In this document: positions 17,342 through 27,937 of the stretch, piece after piece
How the letters are laid out: each line of letters opens with the position of its first letter
Position numbering within the stretch: the first letter of the stretch is position 1
Assembly: GCA_045546615.1 (NCBI GenBank)
Contig: JAZQDD010000028.1
Coordinates: 5,626-69,625, forward strand
Direction of reading: 5' to 3'
Source: Eubacteriales bacterium
GTDB lineage: Bacteria > Bacillota > Clostridia > Oscillospirales > CAG-272
DNA: 64,000 nucleotides
The notes under the pieces: model-generated
Databases searched by the model: none
Told to the model about the DNA's origin: nothing
Seen by the model: the letters and a program-made list of their open reading frames with translations, nothing else
Made by a program: the position numbers and the translations under genes

Positions 17342-18529
17342 TTATTTGTTCTGGAGGCAAGCGATGCCGGGAAGCTCAAGTCCCTCAAGGAACTCAAGAG
17401 ATGCGCCGCCGCCGGTGGAAACGTGAGTCATTTTTGCTGCGTAGCCAAGCTTTTCAACTGCTGCTGCGCTGTCGCCGCCGCCGATGATGGAAACTGCTCC
17501 GCTCTCTGCAACTGCCTTTGCAACTGCCTCAGTACCTGCGGCAAAGTTCTTCCACTCGGAAACACCCATCGGGCCGTTCCAAACAACGGTTCCTGCGCCT
17601 ACGAGAGCGTCGGAGAAGAGCTTCTGCGTCTTGGGTCCAACGTCAAGTCCCATCCAACCGTCGGGAATGCTGTCGGAGTCAACGATAGAAAACTCGGTGT
17701 TCTCGTCATATTCCTTACCGATCACGTTGTCAATGGGGAGAAGGAACTTAACGCCCTTGTCAGCCGCCTTCTTGAGCATCTCGCGAGCAAGCTCGATCTT
17801 GTCATCCTCGCAGATGGAAGTACCAATGCTGTAGCCCTGTGCCTTGAAGAAGGTGTAAGCCATACCGCCGCCGATGATGAGGGTATCAACCTTCTCGATG
17901 AGGTTGTTGATAACACCGATCTTGTCGGAAACCTTTGCGCCGCCGAGAATAGCAACGAAGGGACGGGCAGGATCCTCAAGAGCCTTACCCATAACGCCGA
18001 TCTCCTTCTGAATGAGGTATCCGCAAACTGCGGGCAGATAATCGGCAACGCCTGCGGTGGAGGCGTGTGCGCGGTGAGCCGCACCAAATGCGTCGTTTAC
18101 AAAGATCTCTGCCATGGAAGCAAGCTCTTTTGCAAACTCGGGATCATTCTTTTCCTCTCTCTTGTCGAAACGGGTGTTCTCAAGAAGGAGAGCTTCGCCG
18201 CTCTTGAGAGCAGCAGCCATAGCCTTGGTCTCCGCGCCGATGGTGTCGGGAGCAAGAGCTACGTTCTGACCGAGAAGCTCGGTGAGTCTTGCGGCAACGG
18301 GAGCAAGGGAGAACTTGGGGTTAGCCTCGCCCTTGGGCTTGCCCATGTGGGAGCAAAGGATAACTGCCGCGCCGTTGTCAAGCAGATACTTGATGGTGGG
18401 AAGAGCCTCTACGATACGCTTGTCCGAGGTGATAACGCCGTCTTTGAGCGGAACGTTAAAATCGCAACGGACGAGGACTTTCTTACCCGATACGTTGATA
18501 TCTTCAATGTTTTTCTTGTTGTAGGTCAT
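17342..18529 (-). CDS. pgk: Phosphoglycerate kinase
   Basis: It has [11 protein letters not shown], the [10 protein letters not shown]-type motif, GGGDSAAA and [13 protein letters not shown]. Confidence 0.97.
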   Translation of the reverse strand: MTYNKKNIEDINVSGKKVLVRCDFNVPLKDGVITSDKRIVEALPTIKYLLDNGAAVILCSHMGKPKGEANPKFSLAPVAARLTELLGQNVALAPDTIGAETKAMAAALKSGEALLLENTRFDKREEKNDPEFAKELASMAEIFVNDAFGAAHRAHASTAGVADYLPAVCGYLIQKEIGVMGKALEDPARPFVAILGGAKVSDKIGVINNLIEKVDTLIIGGGMAYTFFKAQGYSIGTSICEDDKIELAREMLKKAADKGVKFLLPIDNVIGKEYDENTEFSIVDSDSIPDGWMGLDVGPKTQKLFSDALVGAGTVVWNGPMGVSEWKNFAAGTEAVAKAVAESGAVSIIGGGDSAAAVEKLGYAAKMTHVSTGGGASLEFLEGLELPGIACLQNK

Positions 18530-18611
18530 AAAATTTAACCTGCCTTTCGCAAATTTTTACATTATATAATATACCACAAATGTAAAGAAATATCAAGCAT
18601 TATTTGCAAAA

Positions 18612-18654
18612 AATAACGCCTTTTCGGAAAAATTTACCGAAAAGGCGTTATTTT
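18612..18654 (-). terminator. Intrinsic terminator after the lipoprotein gene
   Basis: The hairpin is aataacgccttttcgg-aaaaattta-ccgaaaaggcgttatt with a T run on the minus strand. Confidence 0.8.
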
Positions 18655-20212
18655 AATATTTTATCTTCTTTAGTGCCTTGTTTACATTATTGACAACGGC
18701 TTTAATGTTCTCCAGCGGCGTTGAACCGCCAAGAAGCGCGCCTCGGAATGCGCCGAATGTGCCGCTCTCCAATTTTTCGCAGTTTTGGTAGTGCAGATAT
18801 GAAAAATCAGCATAATTTTCCTGCGACAATATCAGCTTTATCATGTGGAAAGAATCGTTGTCGCGAATATAATTCTCCGCGCAGTATACGGCGTATTCGC
18901 CATCCATCCACTCGCCCGATGCCGCCGCAAACGCGGGAAGGATCGCGCCCATCATATCGGGGCGTGAATTGTTGGCGGTCACGCAAAAAACTCCCCTGTC
19001 CTGCGACATTACGGCAGGCGCTTCACCGCTCAAAGTAGGCAGAGGAAGCACTCCCCACGCCGTGCGCTGATTGTAGAAATTAGACATCTCGGAGAGCGTT
19101 CCCATGTGAAACAGAGAATTTCCTTTGGCAAACTGCTCCGCGCCCGTAACTGCGGCAGACGTGCTTCCCTCGGGTGCGGCAGACGTATCCGTGCCGTCGG
19201 CGGCGATAAGTGTCTCGGCCTTCGGCAATTCAGCGCTCGGCAAATAAAGCGCCAAATTGCGCAAAAGACCGATAACGCCGCCCACAGCTTCAACTGCGGA
19301 ATCCGAATATGCAAGTTGGGGGTATCCTCCCGACTTGCCCGAAACAAAGTCTATTCCGCCCCTTATGGCGGCAATATCGCCAAGAAACGCGTCGCTGTCA
19401 TGCTCGCCGCCGACGGTAAGCGAATACTTTCCCTCGGGAACGGCGCTTCGCTCACAAAAAGCGAAAAAATAATCAAAGGTCAGCGTTCCCTCGCGTGCGG
19501 CAGAATAAAGCTCCTGCGCACCCGCCGTGTCCGCCATATCGCGGTTGAAATAAAGCGCGTACACAAGCTCGGGGCTTTCCGTCGCGGCTGAAAGGTCAAA
19601 ATAGCTCTTGCCATTGTAATATCCCGCGCCCACATTGCCCTCGGTAGCCACGCTGTAAAACGGGAGACTGCGCAAGTCAAGGATCAAGTCCTCGGCGGCA
19701 AAAATTGCGGCATACGTCGACGGTATCAGCACAAGATCGGCGTAATATGACGAGGTACTGCCGGATTTTATCGACACGGCAAGATCCGTCCGCATTTGCT
19801 CCACAGATGCGCTCATCGTGTAAAAATCACAACCGAGCTTTTCCGTGATCATTTCGTTTCGTTCCTTGCACGCAGAATAAAACGGAGAATCTTCAGCAGG
19901 CAGAACGGTGTTCTTTGTCTCATTTGCAACAGTCACAAGCAAGGTAGAGCCTGACATATCAAGGCTGAAAACTTTATCAAGCCGTTTTTTTGCCGCCTCT
20001 TTAAGCGCAGGATCTATCAGCTCCGCCTCGGGGTAGACGCCACCCGTGGTATAAGCGGGCGCGGTAGTCATAGCCCCGTGCGTGGTTTGCGCCGTGGTCT
20101 TGATGGGAGCCTCCTCGGTATAAAGGATGAGTCCGCATCCGCCGAAAATCGGCAAAAGACACAGCGCAAGCAAGATGCTGACCACGCCAACCAATCGTTT
20201 TGACAGTTTCAT
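18653..20212 (-). CDS. Putative lipoprotein (possibly an extracellular solute-binding-like fold), function unknown
   Basis: The signal peptide has a lipobox (LLALCLLPIFGGCG). The RBS gaggg lies inside the end of the upstream gene, and only 3 nt separate the two ORFs. Confidence 0.6.
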   Translation of the reverse strand: MKLSKRLVGVVSILLALCLLPIFGGCGLILYTEEAPIKTTAQTTHGAMTTAPAYTTGGVYPEAELIDPALKEAAKKRLDKVFSLDMSGSTLLVTVANETKNTVLPAEDSPFYSACKERNEMITEKLGCDFYTMSASVEQMRTDLAVSIKSGSTSSYYADLVLIPSTYAAIFAAEDLILDLRSLPFYSVATEGNVGAGYYNGKSYFDLSAATESPELVYALYFNRDMADTAGAQELYSAAREGTLTFDYFFAFCERSAVPEGKYSLTVGGEHDSDAFLGDIAAIRGGIDFVSGKSGGYPQLAYSDSAVEAVGGVIGLLRNLALYLPSAELPKAETLIAADGTDTSAAPEGSTSAAVTGAEQFAKGNSLFHMGTLSEMSNFYNQRTAWGVLPLPTLSGEAPAVMSQDRGVFCVTANNSRPDMMGAILPAFAAASGEWMDGEYAVYCAENYIRDNDSFHMIKLILSQENYADFSYLHYQNCEKLESGTFGAFRGALLGGSTPLENIKAVVNNVNKALKKIKY

Positions 20213-20215
20213 ATT

Positions 20216-21721
20216 TTATCCCTCTATCGTTACGATAAATCCGCTGTGGTTATTACCCGAAATAGTATAGTTCTTTCCTGTGGGAACGGGAACGGTAGTC
20301 GTGCTACCCGTTTGAGCAACGAAATATATCTCATAATTCTTGCCCGTATCGGTGGTAAATTTAAGATGATTCGAACCATAGGAATAATAGTTCTCAAGAA
20401 CGGCGATATATTCCTCAAGGCAGAGATTGTTTTGATGCATATAGAATGCATGAGCCTCGCCGACGTATCTGTAATGCCAATCGTCAAGACCCGCGGGCAT
20501 TCCCGTAAACGCTTCCTTTGCAGGATCAAAGCGTCTGACGAAGCCGTACTTGTGGGCATTTGCGTTTATCCATGCAAGAATGGTTCGGCAAGACTCGTTG
20601 GAAGAATCAAGACTATAGACTCTGCCATCCATAAACACAGCCATATTTATACCGTAGCCGCTGTTGTGGTCACTCTGACCGGGAGCGCTGGCAGTTTTCG
20701 GATACGCCGCATAAAGCGCTTCCTGCGTAGCGTAGCTCCTGTATCCGCCGTTGTTATCCACGTAGACGTTAAGTCCTTTTTCGGTAACGAGCCCACGGCA
20801 CATATTCTTAAAATAGGTCAGGGCAGTCGCATCCAGCGAGATGGTCTCGGCACTCGCCAGCTGATAGAGCGCTTTCTTGCTTCCATCGGGAGCGTCCGCG
20901 CGCTCGTTTGCGGCATAGAGATTCTCTATATTAGCTTCACCGCCGGGGAATGTGAACGGATGAGTGGTATTGACCAGCACAAGCGGGCCTGCGCCAACGT
21001 CAGCAGTAGTTTTAATTACCGTGGTATATCCGTTGTTTGGAGCGGTAGTGACGGGCGGCGCGGTGGTGTTGTCCGCCTCGGGGATGAAGGGATATGCCGT
21101 ACTGCCCGCGAATGTCAGCTCAACTGACTCGCCCGCCGAATTGATAACGCTTATCTCATTTATCGCCATGGGAACAGACTTGTTCTCCACAATGCAAACA
21201 CGAAGATATTTCGCGCTAACAGAGGAAACGTCCATAGTATGCTCCAAGCCGTCCTCGGTAGCATCACCCGTGAATTTCTCGCCAATCGACGTCCAAGTGT
21301 TGCCATCAGATGAAAGCTGAAGCTCGCCCCTCTCGATATAGTAATCGGGGTGCGCGGAAATTATTCTGACAGATGAAACGCTGACACTATCCCCAAAACC
21401 GACAGCGAAATACGCGCCCTTGATCTGGTTGAAGGTAGAAAGCATATACGTAGAGCTATCGCCGTCAAAAGCGTTCTCATTGGGGAAATCAACTGCGCCG
21501 TTGTTACCGCCCGGTGTGTTGGTGGGGGCGGTGGTGGTGTCGCCGTCTCCGCCAATAACGTCCTTGAGAACAAAAACAGCGGAGATCAAAAGGAGCAGCG
21601 CCAGCACGCCAAGGATAGCAAGTATCGTGACTTGCTTGCGTCTGCGGCGGCGGAGCCGTTCTGTTCTTGTAGGTCTGGGATTGGGAAAATAGTCCCTTGT
21701 AGATGAATCACGACGGTTCAT
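20216..21721 (-). CDS. M15 family D-alanyl-D-alanine carboxypeptidase with a discoidin (F5/8 type C)-like domain
   Basis: The C-terminal VanY-type motifs are SDHNSGYGINM and DDWHYRYVGEAHAF. The middle segment (SVSSVRIISAHPDYY...LQLSSDGNTWTSIG) resembles a discoidin domain. There is an N-terminal TM anchor and an aaggagg RBS. Confidence 0.75.
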   Translation of the reverse strand: MNRRDSSTRDYFPNPRPTRTERLRRRRRKQVTILAILGVLALLLLISAVFVLKDVIGGDGDTTTAPTNTPGGNNGAVDFPNENAFDGDSSTYMLSTFNQIKGAYFAVGFGDSVSVSSVRIISAHPDYYIERGELQLSSDGNTWTSIGEKFTGDATEDGLEHTMDVSSVSAKYLRVCIVENKSVPMAINEISVINSAGESVELTFAGSTAYPFIPEADNTTAPPVTTAPNNGYTTVIKTTADVGAGPLVLVNTTHPFTFPGGEANIENLYAANERADAPDGSKKALYQLASAETISLDATALTYFKNMCRGLVTEKGLNVYVDNNGGYRSYATQEALYAAYPKTASAPGQSDHNSGYGINMAVFMDGRVYSLDSSNESCRTILAWINANAHKYGFVRRFDPAKEAFTGMPAGLDDWHYRYVGEAHAFYMHQNNLCLEEYIAVLENYYSYGSNHLKFTTDTGKNYEIYFVAQTGSTTTVPVPTGKNYTISGNNHSGFIVTIEG

Positions 21722-21848
21722 ATCACTTGCCTCCTTGAAAGATCGGTAGTTTCATAATTGATTTTTTTACCGCGTTGGTATCAAATATTCTAAAGAGGGG
21801 CAAAATTTGCCCGGATTGTCCAAATTTTGCCCCTCTACAGCTATAGAA

Positions 21849-23960
21849 TTATTGTGCGTCCTTGATGGAGAAGTCCATTCTTCCCTTCTTGTCAAGACCG
21901 ATATACTTAACTTTTACAGTGTCACCGAGCTTAAGAACGTCCTCAACCTTCTCTACGCGGTGGTCAGCCAGCTTGGAAATGTGAACCATTCCCTCCTTGC
22001 CGGGTGCGTACTCAACGAAGCATCCGAATTCCTTGATGCCCGTGACCTTGCCCGTATAAACCGCGCCAACTTCAGGCTCGAAGCAGATAGCGTCGATAAT
22101 TGCCTTTGCAGCCTCGGCAGAGGAACGGTTAACTGCCGCAACGTATACGGTTCCGTCGTCCTCGATGTCGATCTTTGCGCCCGTGTCAGCGGTGATCTTC
22201 TGAATTACAGAGCCGCCCTTACCGATAACCTCGCGGATCTTGTCGGGGTCGATCTTGATAGTGAGCATCTTGGGTGCGCTCTCGTTGACGTCGGCGCGAG
22301 GAGCGTCAATAGCCTTGAGAATAACCTCGTCAATGATATAATCGCGTCCTGCGTGAGTGGTCTCAAGCGCGGACTTGATGATCTCGGGGGTAAGACCGTC
22401 GATCTTGAGGTCCATCTGAATGGAAGTGATACCCTTGTGAGTACCTGCAACCTTAAAGTCCATGTCTCCGTAGAAGTCCTCAACGCCCTGAATGTCGAGC
22501 ATGGTCATCCATCTCTCACCCTCGGTAATAAGGCCGCAGGAAATGCCCGCAACGGGAGCCTTGATCGGAACGCCCGCATCCATAAGAGCGAGAGTCGAAC
22601 CGCAAACAGATGCCTGAGAGGTAGAACCGTTAGAAGAAACGACCTCGGAAACAAGGCGGATAGCGTAGGGGAATTCTTCCTCGGAGGGAAGAACGGGAAC
22701 GAGAGAACGCTCGGCAAGTGCGCCGTGACCGATCTCACGTCTGCCGGGGCTGCGGGAGGACTTTGCCTCGCCCGTGGAGTAGCCGGGCATATTGTAGTGG
22801 TGCATATATCTCTTGGAGGTCTCGTTGTCGATACCGTCAAGCATCTGTACCTCGGCAAGAGTACCGAGAGTTGCAAGGGTCACTACCTGAGTCTGACCGC
22901 GGGTGAACATACCCGAGCCGTGTACCTTCTTAAAGAGTCCAACCTCTGCGCCGAGGGGACGGATCTCGTTCATTGCTCTGCCGTCAACACGCTTGCCGTC
23001 CTCAAGAAGCCAGCGGCGAACGACCTTTTTCTGCATCTTGTAAACAAGCTCGGGCATCTGAACTGCGAGATCGGGATACTCCTCGGAGAACTTCTCCATA
23101 ATAGCGTCGGTGATGGGAACCATTCTCGCATCGCGGACGTTCTTATCATCTGTGTCAAGAGCGTTCATAAGATCAGATTCGCAGAATGCGAAGATCTTAT
23201 CGAACATATCGTGGTCAAGGTCGCAAGAGGGATACTCGAACTTGGGCTTGCCGATCTCGTCAACAATAGCGTCAACGAACTTGAGCAGCTCCTTGATCTC
23301 CTCGTGAGCCTTCATGATAGCATCGTACATTACGTCGTCGGGAACTTCGTTAGCGCCCGCCTCGATCATAACTACCTTTTCCTTGCTTGCGGCAACGGTC
23401 AGCTCAAGGTCGGAAACCTTGCGCTCTGCCTCGGTGGGGTTGATGACGATCTTGCCGTCAACAAGACCTACGTGAAGTCCCGCGATAGGGCCGTTCCACG
23501 GAATATCGGAAATGGAAAGCGCGATGGACGCGCCGATCATAGCAACTACTTCAGGCTCGCAATCCTGATCAACAGCCATAACGGTAAGAGACAGCGCAAC
23601 GTCGTTACGCAGATCCTTGGGGAAAAGGGGACGAACGGGACGGTCGATAACACGAGAGGTGAGGATAGCCTTTTCGCTGGGCTTACCCTCTCTCTTGAGG
23701 TATCCGCCGGGGATCTTACCTGCTGCGTACATTCTCTCCTCAAAGTCAACGGACAGAGGGAGGAAGTCGATACCGTCGCGGGGCTTTGCCGATGCGGTAG
23801 CACAGCAAAGAACGGCGGTCTCGCCGTATCTTACAAGACAGGAGCCGTTGCAAAGACCGGCCATCTTGCCTGTCTCAATGGTGAGAGGCCTGCCTGCGAG
23901 GGTGTAATTGAACACGCGGTTGTTGGGGAAAGTCATTTGAGAGCTTTTTACTTCGTACAT
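21849..23960 (-). CDS. pnp: Polyribonucleotide nucleotidyltransferase (PNPase)
   Basis: The 703-aa protein has two RNase PH domains, a KH domain (IGKGGSVIQKI) and an S1 domain (GKVTGIKEFGCFVE). Confidence 0.97.
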   Translation of the reverse strand: MYEVKSSQMTFPNNRVFNYTLAGRPLTIETGKMAGLCNGSCLVRYGETAVLCCATASAKPRDGIDFLPLSVDFEERMYAAGKIPGGYLKREGKPSEKAILTSRVIDRPVRPLFPKDLRNDVALSLTVMAVDQDCEPEVVAMIGASIALSISDIPWNGPIAGLHVGLVDGKIVINPTEAERKVSDLELTVAASKEKVVMIEAGANEVPDDVMYDAIMKAHEEIKELLKFVDAIVDEIGKPKFEYPSCDLDHDMFDKIFAFCESDLMNALDTDDKNVRDARMVPITDAIMEKFSEEYPDLAVQMPELVYKMQKKVVRRWLLEDGKRVDGRAMNEIRPLGAEVGLFKKVHGSGMFTRGQTQVVTLATLGTLAEVQMLDGIDNETSKRYMHHYNMPGYSTGEAKSSRSPGRREIGHGALAERSLVPVLPSEEEFPYAIRLVSEVVSSNGSTSQASVCGSTLALMDAGVPIKAPVAGISCGLITEGERWMTMLDIQGVEDFYGDMDFKVAGTHKGITSIQMDLKIDGLTPEIIKSALETTHAGRDYIIDEVILKAIDAPRADVNESAPKMLTIKIDPDKIREVIGKGGSVIQKITADTGAKIDIEDDGTVYVAAVNRSSAEAAKAIIDAICFEPEVGAVYTGKVTGIKEFGCFVEYAPGKEGMVHISKLADHRVEKVEDVLKLGDTVKVKYIGLDKKGRMDFSIKDAQ

Positions 23961-24124
23961 TGTGTACCTCCGTTAAATAATATATATTTATCCCGCGAAG
24001 GTTTAGCACTTAACGGCATGTCCGAGGCATCGGGCACACGGTTAACTGCTAATCCTGCGGAATTTTGATAAAGATTTCAGGCGAGAAGCGACAGAACTTG
24101 CCGACTCCTCGCCCATTGAAGAAA

Positions 24125-24388
24125 TTATTTTCTGATATCGAGTCTTGCGATAATGGAGCGGTAACGCTCGATATCGACCTTCATCAGATACTTGAGCAGA
24201 TTTCTTCTGCGTCCGACCATCTTGAGCAGACCGCGACGGCTGTGATTGTCGTTGTGGTTAGCCTTGAGATGCTCGTTGAGAGTGTTGATCCTGTTTGTGA
24301 GGATCGCGATCTGTACCTCGGGCGAGCCTGTGTCACCTTCGCAGGTGGCGTACTCGGCGATTATCGCCTGCTTTTCTTCTTTGGTCAT
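24125..24388 (-). CDS. rpsO: 30S ribosomal protein S15
   Basis: It has [51 protein letters not shown]. Confidence 0.97.
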   Translation of the reverse strand: MTKEEKQAIIAEYATCEGDTGSPEVQIAILTNRINTLNEHLKANHNDNHSRRGLLKMVGRRRNLLKYLMKVDIERYRSIIARLDIRK

Positions 24389-24608
24389 TTTTTCACCTCT
24401 AAAAATATTTTTCGTGCGCCGACACAGAGATCGGTGGGTGAAGTGCTCGTTGAGCCTTTATCCGAAACCCGAGACGGCGTTACGCAGAATTATTATATCA
24501 CAACTAAAATAAAAAGTAAATACTTTTTTGGGCTTTTTTGTGAACTATTTGAAAAACTTTGCAAAAAATTCGGCGTTGCGACTTATAATGGCGCAACGCC
24601 GAAGGAAT

Positions 24609-25775
24609 TTATACTATTCTCGCTCTGATAATGCCGTTAATGCTTGCGATAGTCTCGCAAAGTTCATCAGCCGCCTGTACGTTTCCGTCAAGCTCGATGA
24701 TGGTGCAAGCAACGTCGCCCTTTGCCTTACTCATCATGTCCGCGATATTTATACCCTTTGCGGAGACCGCAGAGGTAGCTTTTGCTATCATCTCGGGAAT
24801 GTTGCGGTGCAGAATAACGAGGCGGCGTCTGCCCGTGGCGGGCATTTCGATGTTCGGGAAGTTTACCGAATTGCGGATATTTCCCGTGCGCAGGAACACA
24901 TCAAGCTGACGGGCAGCCATAACCGCGCAGTTATCCTCGGACTCGGCAGTAGATGCGCCAAGGTGGGGAATGGCAACAATGCCCTTAACACCGAGAACCT
25001 CCTCGGTGGGGAAATCGGTAACGTATCTTGCTATCTTGCCATTTTCAAGGGCTTCCTTAACGTCCTCGGCAATAACGAGGTCAGCGCGAGCAAGGTTAAT
25101 GATGCGAACGCCGTCCTTCATCATTTCTATGTTCTTTTTGCAGATCATTCCCTTGGTAGCGGCTACTGCGGGAACGTGCAGAGTAATGTAATCGGATTTC
25201 TCAAAGATCTCCTCAAGCTTCGTAGCGTGAGCAACGCTGCTGGAAAGGTGCCATGCGGCGTCAACGGTAACGTAAGGGTCGTATCCGATAACGTTCATGC
25301 CGAGAGCCTCTGCCGCGTTTGCGACCATGCCGCCGATAGCGCCAAGACCGACAACGCCGAGTGTCTTGCCTGCGAACTCACAGCCGCCAAAAGCGGACTT
25401 GCCCTTTTCAACCGCGCCCGCAACGTTGTCGGTAAGGGTAGATGCCCAATTTACACCGCCTATGATATCACGGGAAGCAAGAGCGAGAGCGCATATAGTA
25501 AGCTCTTTAACACCGTTTGCGTTAGCGCCGGGAGTATTGAAAACAACGATTCCCTCCTCGGTACAACGGTCAATCGGAATATTGTTCACGCCCGCGCCGC
25601 AACGAGCGATGGCGAGAGTGGTCTTTTCAAACTCGGCATCGTGCAAGGATGCGGAACGCACCATTATCGCATCGGCATCGGTCAGAGTGTCAGAAACGTT
25701 ATACATCGAACGGTCAAACACGTCCGTTCCAACCGCCGCGATCTTATTCATCAGCTTAATATTAGTCTTTTTCAT
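24609..25775 (-). CDS. serA: D-3-phosphoglycerate dehydrogenase
   Basis: It has the 2-hydroxyacid dehydrogenase NAD motif GVVGLGAIGGMVA, a catalytic-region HLGAST and a C-terminal ACT-like domain. It lies immediately downstream of serC. Confidence 0.9.
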   Translation of the reverse strand: MKKTNIKLMNKIAAVGTDVFDRSMYNVSDTLTDADAIMVRSASLHDAEFEKTTLAIARCGAGVNNIPIDRCTEEGIVVFNTPGANANGVKELTICALALASRDIIGGVNWASTLTDNVAGAVEKGKSAFGGCEFAGKTLGVVGLGAIGGMVANAAEALGMNVIGYDPYVTVDAAWHLSSSVAHATKLEEIFEKSDYITLHVPAVAATKGMICKKNIEMMKDGVRIINLARADLVIAEDVKEALENGKIARYVTDFPTEEVLGVKGIVAIPHLGASTAESEDNCAVMAARQLDVFLRTGNIRNSVNFPNIEMPATGRRRLVILHRNIPEMIAKATSAVSAKGINIADMMSKAKGDVACTIIELDGNVQAADELCETIASINGIIRARIV

Positions 25776-25787
25776 AGCAATTCTCCA

Positions 25788-26876
25788 TTAGTTTTTAGGA
25801 TTATTCTTCGCAAATTCCTTCATAAAGGCAACAAGCGCCTCAACACCCTCGTAGGGCATCGCGTTATAGATGGAAGCTCTCATACCGCCGACGGAACGGT
25901 GTCCCTTGAGGTTCTTCATACCCGCCTTTGCGGCATCGGACGCAAACTTCTTGTCAAGGTCAGCATCTCCGGTAACGAACGTGACGTTCATCATCGAACG
26001 GCAATCGGGGCGAACGGGAGCGATATAGTAATCCTGCGAGTCGAGGTAATCGTAAAGCAGAGCCGCTTTTTTCTGATTCATCTCCTGCATCTTCTCAAGT
26101 CCGCCGAGGGAGAGTATCCACTCGTAAACGAGATTTGCCATATAGATGGTGTAGCAGGGGGGAGTGTTATACATTGAGCCGTTCTCCGCCATTACGTTCC
26201 AATCGAGCATGGTGGGGCATTCGGGGCGAGCCTTGCCGAGCAGGTCGCGGCGAACGATAACAAGGGTAAGTCCCGCGGGAGCCATATTCTTCTGCGCACC
26301 TGCGTAGATAACGCCGAACTTGGTTACGTCGACGGGCACGGAGATGATGCAGGAGGACATATCGGCAACAAGGGGAATGTCACCCGTGTCGGGGATATAG
26401 TTGTACTTGGTTCCGAAAATAGTGTTGTTATAGCAGATATGGACGTACGAAGCATCGGGGCGGAAGCTCTCGCGAGTGGTCGCGGGAACGTAGGAAAAAC
26501 CGTCTGCCTTGGAGGTGGCAACAAGTGCGATATCACCGTACTTTTGTGCCTCGGTATACGCCTTACCCGAAAACTGTCCCGAAACGATATAATCAGCCTT
26601 TCCGCCCTCACCGAGAAGGTTGAGGGGAACTGCTGCAAACTGCGTGGAAGCTCCGCCCTGCAAGAAAAGCACGGCGTAGTTGTCGGGAATATTCATCAGC
26701 TTGCGCAGATTTGCCTCTGCAGCAGCAATGATGGGCTCGAAATCGGGAGAACGGTGAGACATCTCCGCGACTGACATTCCGGATGTACCGTAATTCACCA
26801 TTTCGGCAGCTGCGCGCTCAAGCACGGGCAGCGGGAGCATAGAAGGGCCTGCAGAAAAATTAAATACTCTTTCCAT
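25788..26876 (-). CDS. serC: 3-phosphoserine/phosphohydroxythreonine aminotransferase
   Basis: It has FNFSAGPSMLP, FLQGGASTQF and a GAQKN PLP-Lys region. Confidence 0.95.
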   Translation of the reverse strand: MERVFNFSAGPSMLPLPVLERAAAEMVNYGTSGMSVAEMSHRSPDFEPIIAAAEANLRKLMNIPDNYAVLFLQGGASTQFAAVPLNLLGEGGKADYIVSGQFSGKAYTEAQKYGDIALVATSKADGFSYVPATTRESFRPDASYVHICYNNTIFGTKYNYIPDTGDIPLVADMSSCIISVPVDVTKFGVIYAGAQKNMAPAGLTLVIVRRDLLGKARPECPTMLDWNVMAENGSMYNTPPCYTIYMANLVYEWILSLGGLEKMQEMNQKKAALLYDYLDSQDYYIAPVRPDCRSMMNVTFVTGDADLDKKFASDAAKAGMKNLKGHRSVGGMRASIYNAMPYEGVEALVAFMKEFAKNNPKN

Positions 26877-27071
26877 TTTCGTTCTCCTTTTGGATAAAAT
26901 AATAATTAGTTTTATTATATATCAAATAGTTTAACAAGTCAATTGCTTTAAAGAAAAAACATTAACAAAAAACACTCTCGAAAAAACAATATTTTTGACT
27001 TAATGGAGTGAAGAGCAAAAATGAAAAGCATCCAAAGACAATGCAATTAAAATTATGGCACAAAAGAGAAA

Positions 27072-27104
27072 GAGCCAAGTTCTTTTCCGAACTTGGTTCT
27101 TTTC
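27072..27104 (-). terminator. Hairpin terminator downstream of the CPBP gene
   Basis: The hairpin is gagccaagttc-ttttcc-gaacttggttc with T-rich flanks on both strands. Confidence 0.55.
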
Positions 27105-27152
27105 TTAACTTATCGGCATTGCATCCGAATATTTAAATTGATCTGAATATGA

Positions 27153-27821
27153 TCACAAAACGACTGCTATAAAATTTATGATCCCATGCAAAATTATAGG
27201 ATACCATATATTTTTTGTTTTTTGATATAGAATAGAAAAACCTAAACTCATGCACATATATGGAAGCATATTAACAAGTTGGATATATGATTTCTCTATC
27301 AGTACATATCCCCATATGTGAAAAAATCCAAAAAGCAGTGCAACAGAGATATGAGACAATACAGGATTGATTTTTTCTATGCTACGGTACACCAGAAATC
27401 GAAAAAATAATTCTTCTGTGATGGGGGCAAATAAAATCGCAGCAACAGCTGTCAAAATATAATTGATCCTATTGCTACTCAAAGCTGTATCAATATTATT
27501 TTCATTAGAATTGGCAATACCCATAAGATCAATCATTATTCCGCAAAGGACGATTGCAACAAAAGTAATTATGCCGATAACCGCCATTTTCTCAAGATTT
27601 GACGGGTCAAATTTTTTAATTGAATTTATCAACAATTTGAAAAAGCAAATAAGCGAGCATATAAATATGAGTGCATAAACACCAAATGTCAGGTTGTTTG
27701 AAACAAGTTCGATGTTAATAAAGGATAGCAAATTACCTCCAAATATCTGAAGGAAGCAGAAAACAATCCCATATAAGCCACCCCATAGGTATGTTCTTTT
27801 TTCAAATGTTTCTATATACAT
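27153..27821 (-). CDS. CPBP family intramembrane glutamic endopeptidase (CAAX protease/Abi family)
   Basis: It has the motifs APITEELFFRFLVYR (EExxxR), FGFFH (FxxxH) and ILHGIINF. It is a multi-pass membrane protein, and the gene and its flanks are markedly AT-rich compared with their neighbours. Confidence 0.85.
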   Translation of the reverse strand: MYIETFEKRTYLWGGLYGIVFCFLQIFGGNLLSFINIELVSNNLTFGVYALIFICSLICFFKLLINSIKKFDPSNLEKMAVIGIITFVAIVLCGIMIDLMGIANSNENNIDTALSSNRINYILTAVAAILFAPITEELFFRFLVYRSIEKINPVLSHISVALLFGFFHIWGYVLIEKSYIQLVNMLPYMCMSLGFSILYQKTKNIWYPIILHGIINFIAVVL

Positions 27822-27890
27822 GAATATTACCTTTTCTTATTCCTTATGTTAATAATAACTTTTATCGAATGATAAAGTATATTTCCTACT

Positions 27891-27937
27891 CAAAAGACCG
27901 CTTTTTTCATCTTTTGGAGTAAAAAAGCGGTCTTTTG
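27891..27937 (-). terminator. Intrinsic terminator after the LtaS-family gene
   Basis: The hairpin is caaaagaccgctttttt...aaaaaagcggtcttttg. Confidence 0.6.

Noticed and set aside
21807-24068. A 753-aa plus-strand ORF lies antisense to pnp. Similar shadows are 24528..26177 (serA/serC), 16485..18538 (tpiA/pgk), 5603..7138 (MBL), 46538..47773 and 48339..49358 (GLUG genes), and 49647..52205 (ftsK).
   Set aside because: Each lies opposite a gene with clear family signatures, and each translation lacks motifs and has an odd composition. I treat them as antisense shadow ORFs.
24389-24520. An S15 autoregulatory leader upstream of rpsO.
   Set aside because: This is plausible: there is a -10-like tgatataat on the minus strand near 24500 and a leader of about 100 nt. 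I could not identify the family-specific structure by eye, so I have not called it as a feature.
26877-27152. Small ORFs next to the CPBP gene (9-aa MKSIQRQCN at 27021 and 17-aa MAQKRKSQVLFRTWFFS at 27054) as possible bacteriocin precursors.
   Set aside because: They have no RBS and no leader or double-Gly motif. The second overlaps a terminator hairpin. They are too short and unsupported to call.
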